From IMG/VR virus record IMGVR_UViG_3300024346_000003: 64,000 nucleotides of DNA; one strand, given 5' to 3'. Of this stretch, positions 58,923-64,000 are shown piece by piece (position 1 is the stretch's first letter; every line of letters starts with the position of its first letter). The DNA comes from a virus (Duplodnaviria > Caudoviricetes). Made by a program: the position numbers and the translations under genes. Under the pieces are notes generated by a model. It had not been told where the DNA came from and did no database searches. It saw nothing but the letters and a program-made list of their open reading frames with translations.

Positions 58923-59312
58923 ATGATTGAAGAAATTCTAAATAATAAGTTTTCAGACTATTTAACAGGTCTAGATATATACGAAGATGGTAAGAGTATA
59001 AAACTAGCTAGAATCGTAATTAAAGATGAATTTAGAGGTAGTGGTGTTGGGTCAGATATAATGAGTGACTTAATAAATTACGCTGATAATAATAAAAAGA
59101 TTATAACCTTAACACCATCATCTGATTTTGGTGGTAATAAAAATCGACTTATTCAATTTTATAAAAGATTCGGATTTAAACCGAATAAAGGTGTTCATAA
59201 AAGTTATGAATATATGGATGTGATGATTAGGTGGCCTAAAATAAACGAAGGGTCCCCAACGAAGACCCTTATCAAAGATTTACTTAGAGAAAGTTTAATT
59301 AATTTTAGATAA
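58923..59312 (+). CDS. GNAT-family acetyltransferase-like protein
   Basis: IVIKDEFRGSGVGSDIM...RLIQFYKRFGF; ATATTTAT at 58911. Confidence 0.75.
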   Translation: MIEEILNNKFSDYLTGLDIYEDGKSIKLARIVIKDEFRGSGVGSDIMSDLINYADNNKKIITLTPSSDFGGNKNRLIQFYKRFGFKPNKGVHKSYEYMDVMIRWPKINEGSPTKTLIKDLLRESLINFR

Positions 59313-59990
59313 TTTATTTTTAATACCCACTATATAATGGTGATTACTAATTTTATGACCAGAATTGATGTAACTTTGATACCCACCTGGCCCAGCATTA
59401 TATTTAACTAGTGCATTTTCAGGTAAACCAGATTTCATATTTCTATTCATCATATAACCCCAAAACACTAAATTATTATTTTTATTTGATAACCATTTAA
59501 CTGATTGTGAATATGTAGTAGGTTTAACTAAGGTTGAATCACCACTCAAATATCTAAATACTTTGATATCATTATCAGTAACTAATTTAGTCATTATTGC
59601 TAGACCAGATTTAGGTGATATTTGAGCAATACCAATATGACCACCACTACCAACATTTACCACACCATTTTTATAATGCTTTGAACCAGACTCAATGATT
59701 ATTTGACCGACAAATAATTTAAATCCTATCTGAGTGGTATCCAGATTATAAAATTCACAAACCTTTATAAATTGTGTTACAGTTTGCGAATCAATTTCTG
59801 GATTGTAATGACTAAATGCTTTATATGCAAAAGTATAATTAGGGTCAATTGTGATAATACTATCTTTTGATTCTTTAGTACTATCAAAATCATAACTTTT
59901 ATTAGTTAAAATTGTTGGCTTACCATTAGGTATAATTAAACTTGTTGATACAAAAATCGCTAAAAATAATAGTTTATTTAAATTTTTCAT
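59295..59990 (-). CDS. Lytic transglycosylase (SLT) with signal-peptide-like N-terminus
   Basis: MKNLNKLLFLAIFVSTSL; IIIESG, GHIGIAQI, ALVKYNAG. Confidence 0.75.
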   Translation of the reverse strand: MKNLNKLLFLAIFVSTSLIIPNGKPTILTNKSYDFDSTKESKDSIITIDPNYTFAYKAFSHYNPEIDSQTVTQFIKVCEFYNLDTTQIGFKLFVGQIIIESGSKHYKNGVVNVGSGGHIGIAQISPKSGLAIMTKLVTDNDIKVFRYLSGDSTLVKPTTYSQSVKWLSNKNNNLVFWGYMMNRNMKSGLPENALVKYNAGPGGYQSYINSGHKISNHHYIVGIKNKLSKIN

Positions 59991-60003
59991 ATATTTTTTT
60001 TTA

Positions 60004-60034
60004 CAAATATACTAATTAATTATCATATTTGCAA
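60004..60034 (-). promoter_or_regulatory. Bacteroidota-type promoter
   Basis: TTGCAA-N17-TATATTTG on minus strand. Confidence 0.75.
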
Positions 60035-60061
60035 ATATATCAGATACTTGAGGTATATACA

Positions 60062-60096
60062 ATAAAATAGCCGTGGATATAAATACCCACAGCTAT
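60062..60096 (-). terminator. Intrinsic terminator
   Basis: minus strand ATAGCTGTGG..CCACGGCTAT then T-rich tail. Confidence 0.7.
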
Positions 60097-60118
60097 AGTT
60101 TTAATTTAAAATTAAATA

Positions 60119-60319
60119 TTACTTATTACCTTTAGCGATTTCTGAAATCGTTTTTTCTAATTTAGCGATTTTAGATTCTAACAAACTAGCTTTTTTAGCT
60201 TCTTGCTCAGCAATCCATTCACCTTTCTTTTTCTCAACCGCTTCTTTTACGATGTTATCGATTAAATCAACTAACGCTGATTCTTTGATTTGTACTGTTT
60301 TGTTTGTGTTTTTTGACAT
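60119..60319 (-). CDS. Small coiled-coil late protein
   Basis: MSKNTNKTVQIKESAL; ATATTTAT at 60360. Confidence 0.7.
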   Translation of the reverse strand: MSKNTNKTVQIKESALVDLIDNIVKEAVEKKKGEWIAEQEAKKASLLESKIAKLEKTISEIAKGNK

Positions 60320-60403
60320 GTCTTAAAGTTTATAAAAATTTTTATTACTCTTGTATATTATAAATATAACATTTTTAACAAAAAGACAAAATAAAAATAA
60401 AAA

Positions 60404-60928
60404 TTAGCACAATTTATCAGCACCCTTGGTTGCAGCCCACGCATCAGGTTTAACTTTAAAATCATACCCCATACCTAACATATAACCAACCGCTTCACTT
60501 AACGCTTTATTAGAATCAAATCTAACATCTGGATTTATATCAGCATGTATCTCAAGTTTAATATCATATAAATCTAATAACGGTGAAATTTCACAAGCAA
60601 TCTCAATTGTTTTAGCAACTTCCTTCATCATTCGTTCCTTAACACCTTCTTTACCTTTCTTTTGTGTTGCATCAAAATATGCACCACCGATTACCATACC
60701 ACCTTTACCTTGGTGAATATCTCTACCAAATTTATCTTTACCAATATTTTCAGTTAATGCAACAACTATAGCTGTCGCAAATTGGTATCCAACACCTCTT
60801 CTTTTTGAGTCAGTACCAATACATACTTTTATCCCATAACCTTTTGCCATTTCTTCTTCAAATATTTTTTCTAAATATTCAACTATTGGTTCATTAATAA
60901 ACCCTTTTGAAACTCTCTTCCATTTCAT
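60404..60928 (-). CDS. RNase H-like YkuK-family protein
   Basis: VCIGTDS...EIHADIN...SNKAL...FKVKPDAWAATKGAD. Confidence 0.8.
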   Translation of the reverse strand: MKWKRVSKGFINEPIVEYLEKIFEEEMAKGYGIKVCIGTDSKRRGVGYQFATAIVVALTENIGKDKFGRDIHQGKGGMVIGGAYFDATQKKGKEGVKERMMKEVAKTIEIACEISPLLDLYDIKLEIHADINPDVRFDSNKALSEAVGYMLGMGYDFKVKPDAWAATKGADKLC

Positions 60929-60957
60929 AACTTTTAATTTTTAATTTTTTTATCAAT

Positions 60958-60983
60958 AAAAAACCCCCAGTGTTATTGGGGGT
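60958..60983 (-). terminator. Intrinsic terminator
   Basis: CCCCCAG-tgtta-TTGGGGG with A6 on plus strand. Confidence 0.75.
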
Positions 60984-62373
60984 TCGTTATAATTGTATTC
61001 GGTAGTAACCGCCTCAATTTATTATAATTCTCATCCCCTATATCTTTTATGCTAACCGCAACTCTATGTAACTTCCCACCATTCGACTTATCTAAATATT
61101 TAATCGTATCTGGAATATCAATAATTCTATTACCCAAAATATTTAAAAATATTAAATTTTTAAGATTACCAATCTCTCTGGGTATCGTGGTTAGTTTATT
61201 ATCTCTAACCACCATGACCTCAAGATTTGGTAATGAACACACCGATGGGTGTATAGATACCAAATTGGTATTATGCATCTCCAGTGTCTCCAAATTTTTA
61301 AATCTACTTAAATCTCCCATTTTAGGTACTTCTCTATCTCTAAATATTATTATAGGTGTAGTATCTTCGATTACCTCAAATAAACTATCACTAAATCCAA
61401 ATTTAATTAAATGGTTTAAATATGTATTATTACCGATAGACCTAACCATCTTTGACAAGTTAATTAACTCATCATGGAAATAATTACTTAAACCATCACT
61501 ATGCATCAAAACAGAATCAAATATTCCACTATTTTGAATTGTGTTTTTTCTATTCTTAACCTGGTTACTTTCAAAATGTATCTGATACAATGTATCATCA
61601 TTTAATTCACCATTAAAAAACTCATTGTTAATAATTATGTAGATTTTCGATTTTTTACCATTTGGTGTCTTATAATTTGTTGTATAATTCTGAAACATAC
61701 CATTCCCAGATTTACACGTACACCAATTGGCAAATGAATCAAATACTACACTAGCATCCCTAGTTAAAGGGATATAAACTGTGTATTTCCTATCTCTAAC
61801 ACCTATTTCAGCTTGACCAGAGTCAACAAATTTATATAATAATCGTTCAATACCAGAAGCATCCCTAACAATAAATGGGTCAACAGCATCAAATAATTGA
61901 CTTAATGATTTATACTGATTTATATCAGTTGGGTCACTTAAATCTTTTAATATATAACTACCACTACATAAATTTTTAAATTTTTGTTTTCTTTTATTCC
62001 CTTCAAATATTTCTAAATATTCTTTAGCCAATGGCAAATCTTCAACAACAAATCTAATAGCCTCAATTATTTTATCTGATTTTAATAACCTATTAAAAGT
62101 TGTTAACATCCATTGAGTATACATCTTGTTTAGTGTTGGGTCTGAATCAATCATAACATCAAAAATGTGTTTTGATATGCTAAAATTCTTCTTTACCTTA
62201 TCACCAACCTCAATAGAAGATATCAATGCTAAACAGATTTCATCATCAGACTTAACTTTAGTAACATCATAACCATTACCATTAAGTTTCACAATCTTTG
62301 TCTCTAAAATTTTAGTGTCAAAAATGTCAAACTTATCTGATAAAAATTGTAACCTATCTGTTATTGATGTCAT
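60973..62373 (-). CDS. Leucine-rich-repeat protein with phage-type N-terminal domain
   Basis: LETLEMHNTNLVSIHPSVCSLPNLEVMVVRDNKLTTIPREIGNLKNLIFLNILGNRIIDIP. Confidence 0.85.
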   Translation of the reverse strand: MTSITDRLQFLSDKFDIFDTKILETKIVKLNGNGYDVTKVKSDDEICLALISSIEVGDKVKKNFSISKHIFDVMIDSDPTLNKMYTQWMLTTFNRLLKSDKIIEAIRFVVEDLPLAKEYLEIFEGNKRKQKFKNLCSGSYILKDLSDPTDINQYKSLSQLFDAVDPFIVRDASGIERLLYKFVDSGQAEIGVRDRKYTVYIPLTRDASVVFDSFANWCTCKSGNGMFQNYTTNYKTPNGKKSKIYIIINNEFFNGELNDDTLYQIHFESNQVKNRKNTIQNSGIFDSVLMHSDGLSNYFHDELINLSKMVRSIGNNTYLNHLIKFGFSDSLFEVIEDTTPIIIFRDREVPKMGDLSRFKNLETLEMHNTNLVSIHPSVCSLPNLEVMVVRDNKLTTIPREIGNLKNLIFLNILGNRIIDIPDTIKYLDKSNGGKLHRVAVSIKDIGDENYNKLRRLLPNTIITNPQ

Positions 62374-62390
62374 TTATTTAAATTTAAAAA

Positions 62391-62421
62391 CAAATATACT
62401 AAATCTAAAGTAAAATATCAA
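62391..62421 (-). promoter_or_regulatory. Bacteroidota-type promoter
   Basis: TTGATA-N17-TATATTTG on minus strand. Confidence 0.75.
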
Positions 62422-62425
62422 GTAA

Positions 62426-62761
62426 TTATATAAATCTATTTATTAAATCTTCCTCCAGAAAAGTTTCAATCTGTGGTTTAATTACCCAAAATAGGTGATT
62501 ATCTGTACAAAACTTATCGATTATATCAAGCATAACTAAATTAGGATTTTCACCATCAGTAATTCTATATTTAACTTCCTCAAAAGAATTATATTTTCCA
62601 ATACTAACCAAACCATTCATAATTATATTGTATATTTCCCATCTATCCATATCTTTCTCATTCGAGTCCCACATGGAGTTTATTGCAAAATTTCTATATA
62701 GCTTGTCAAGCCTACTAAATTTGCCAGAACTAGTTTTAATTGTTAAATTAAATTCTTTCAT
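62426..62761 (-). CDS. Hypothetical protein (paralogue of next gene)
   Basis: EEVKYRITDGENPNLVMLDII; ATATTTAT at 62793. Confidence 0.7.
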   Translation of the reverse strand: MKEFNLTIKTSSGKFSRLDKLYRNFAINSMWDSNEKDMDRWEIYNIIMNGLVSIGKYNSFEEVKYRITDGENPNLVMLDIIDKFCTDNHLFWVIKPQIETFLEEDLINRFI

Positions 62762-62842
62762 CTGTCTACTATTTTAGTGTTTGTTATTAATGATAAATAT
62801 CAACACACACTAGCTAAATCTATAAAATTGATTATATTTTCT

Positions 62843-63163
62843 TTAGAAATTGTTAATTTTATTATACAATCTATAAAGTTCTGGACTTAAGTTTTTTAAC
62901 TCATTTAAAACCTGGATACATGCCTCATTTGGTGGGATATTATCGGTTAATTTATATTGCAATTCCTTAACCTTAAGGGCATCTTTTATATTATATTTTA
63001 ATTCTAAAATAACTTGATTGTAAGTGGCCCATTCATTTTTGGTTTTTAAATCACCATTGAATAAATTTTCAGTTATTTTATCTTCATATGCATGCTCTAA
63101 ATAAGTATCAAATGGGCCATATACTTCCCTTAATTTTTCCCTTATTTTGGCGTTAATGTTCAC
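62843..63163 (-). CDS. Hypothetical protein with KLRE leader
   Basis: KELQYKLTDNIPPNEACIQVL. Confidence 0.7.
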   Translation of the reverse strand: MNINAKIREKLREVYGPFDTYLEHAYEDKITENLFNGDLKTKNEWATYNQVILELKYNIKDALKVKELQYKLTDNIPPNEACIQVLNELKNLSPELYRLYNKINNF

Positions 63164-63173
63164 AACATCTATC

Positions 63174-63518
63174 TTACTTTAGTGTTATATTTTTAGATAA
63201 CATACCATCTTTAATTTCATCACGGTACCAATCATCAATTACTTGCTTAAGAAATTCTTCACCACAAATTCCATGGTAGGTATACTTAAAATAATCTAAA
63301 AGGTCTTTAGCGTTAATTATGCTATCATCAGCTTTGACTTTAAATCTAGGTTGTTCATTATAGTCATGATAATCTTTCACTATAGCAGTTACCTTTTCGT
63401 AGTTGTTATTTAAGTTATCTAAAACTTCATCCAATACAATATGATAATCCCCTTCCTTAATCAAGGGTTTTATAATTTTATTATACTGCGATTCCGTTAT
63501 TATAATTTTCTTTATCAT
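63174..63518 (-). CDS. Hypothetical protein with IIITESQY leader
   Basis: Start likely ATG 63518; ATATTTAT at 63525. Confidence 0.7.
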   Translation of the reverse strand: MIKKIIITESQYNKIIKPLIKEGDYHIVLDEVLDNLNNNYEKVTAIVKDYHDYNEQPRFKVKADDSIINAKDLLDYFKYTYHGICGEEFLKQVIDDWYRDEIKDGMLSKNITLK

Positions 63519-63543
63519 TATAATATAAATATCAGTATAAAAC

Positions 63544-63567
63544 AAAAAAAGCGGGAAAACCCGCTTT
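63544..63567 (-). terminator. Intrinsic terminator
   Basis: AAAGCGGG-aaaa-CCCGCTTT. Confidence 0.85.
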
Positions 63568-63570
63568 AAA

Positions 63571-63879
63571 TTATTCTATAAAAATCCTTAAACCCTCAAG
63601 GGTTTGTGAACCAGATATTCGTCTATCAACATTACCACCCTTAAATAATACTAATGTTGGGATACTCCTAATTTGATACTGTAATGCTAATGAGTTATTA
63701 TCATCAACGTTAAGCTTTACGACCACAACTGAGTCAGTTTCATTTGCTAGGTCTTCTAATAATGGACCAATCGTTTTACAAGGTCCACACCATGGGGCCC
63801 AAAAATCTACTAAAACTGGTTTAGCTGATTTCAACACTAATTCTTCAAAATTAGTTAAATTTACTTCTTGTACTTTCAT
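63571..63879 (-). CDS. trxA: Thioredoxin
   Basis: VDFWAPWCGPCK..IRSIPTL. Confidence 0.95.
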   Translation of the reverse strand: MKVQEVNLTNFEELVLKSAKPVLVDFWAPWCGPCKTIGPLLEDLANETDSVVVVKLNVDDNNSLALQYQIRSIPTLVLFKGGNVDRRISGSQTLEGLRIFIE

Positions 63880-63892
63880 AACTTTTTATTTA

Positions 63893-64000
63893 TTAAATAT
63901 TTTTAGATGCACTAAAAACTGTATTTACTAAAGATATTGATTCATAAGATTTTTCCCAAACCTTATCATTTAAAAAATCATACATATAATTTGCTGATTC
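63893..64000 (-). CDS. 3' end of a gene entering from outside the window
   Basis: ESANYMYDFLNDKVWEKSYESISLVNTVFSASKNI* ending just before the thioredoxin start. Confidence 0.55.
   Translation of the reverse strand, partial: ESANYMYDFLNDKVWEKSYESISLVNTVFSASKNI

Noticed and set aside
2617-61483. Many antisense or nested ORFs in the ORF track (e.g. 8599-8949, 26196-26618, 43857-44246, 55046-55372, 56300-56731, 61049-61483)
   Set aside because: They are shadows of well-supported genes on the opposite strand or frame, with no motifs or initiation context.
1-64000. tRNA, rRNA or tmRNA genes
   Set aside because: Intergenic gaps are short and explained by terminators and promoters; no cloverleaf was found by eye (tRNAscan/ARAGORN would confirm).

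Overview
A 64-kb, very AT-rich segment of a large T4-like (jumbo-type) tailed phage genome; no cellular housekeeping genes, rRNA, tRNA or CRISPR array were seen. The host is probably Bacteroidota, since several promoters carry the TAnnTTTG -7 box and starts are A-rich without Shine-Dalgarno. Layout: (1) 1-4946 minus: tail-fibre/structural genes; (2) 5008-36210 plus: small late proteins, a free-standing endonuclease, a split glycosyltransferase, nucleotide enzymes (HD-like, dUTPase, GMP reductase), a ~12-kb sugar-synthesis/glycosyltransferase island, PhoH, a sigma-like factor and baseplate-type genes; (3) 36287-52796 minus: head module (terminase, portal, protease, scaffold, gp23-like capsid, HNH) and acidic probable internal proteins; (4) 52892-64000: thioesterase, ThyA, KTSC, ClpC, GNAT, secreted transglycosylase, YkuK, an LRR protein, thioredoxin. 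Best leads: a structured 7-nt coding gap (GGC-TGA-A-GGT) in a glycosyltransferase just behind a homing-type endonuclease, resembling T4 gene 60 bypassing; a probable -1 frameshift fusion at an A10 tract; an early-operon protein mimicking the capsid propeptide; a PAS-domain/holin-like pair inside the head module; and a late promoter motif (ATATTTAT) that is the reverse complement of the T4 late box. All functional calls come from motif recognition by eye; no searches were run.
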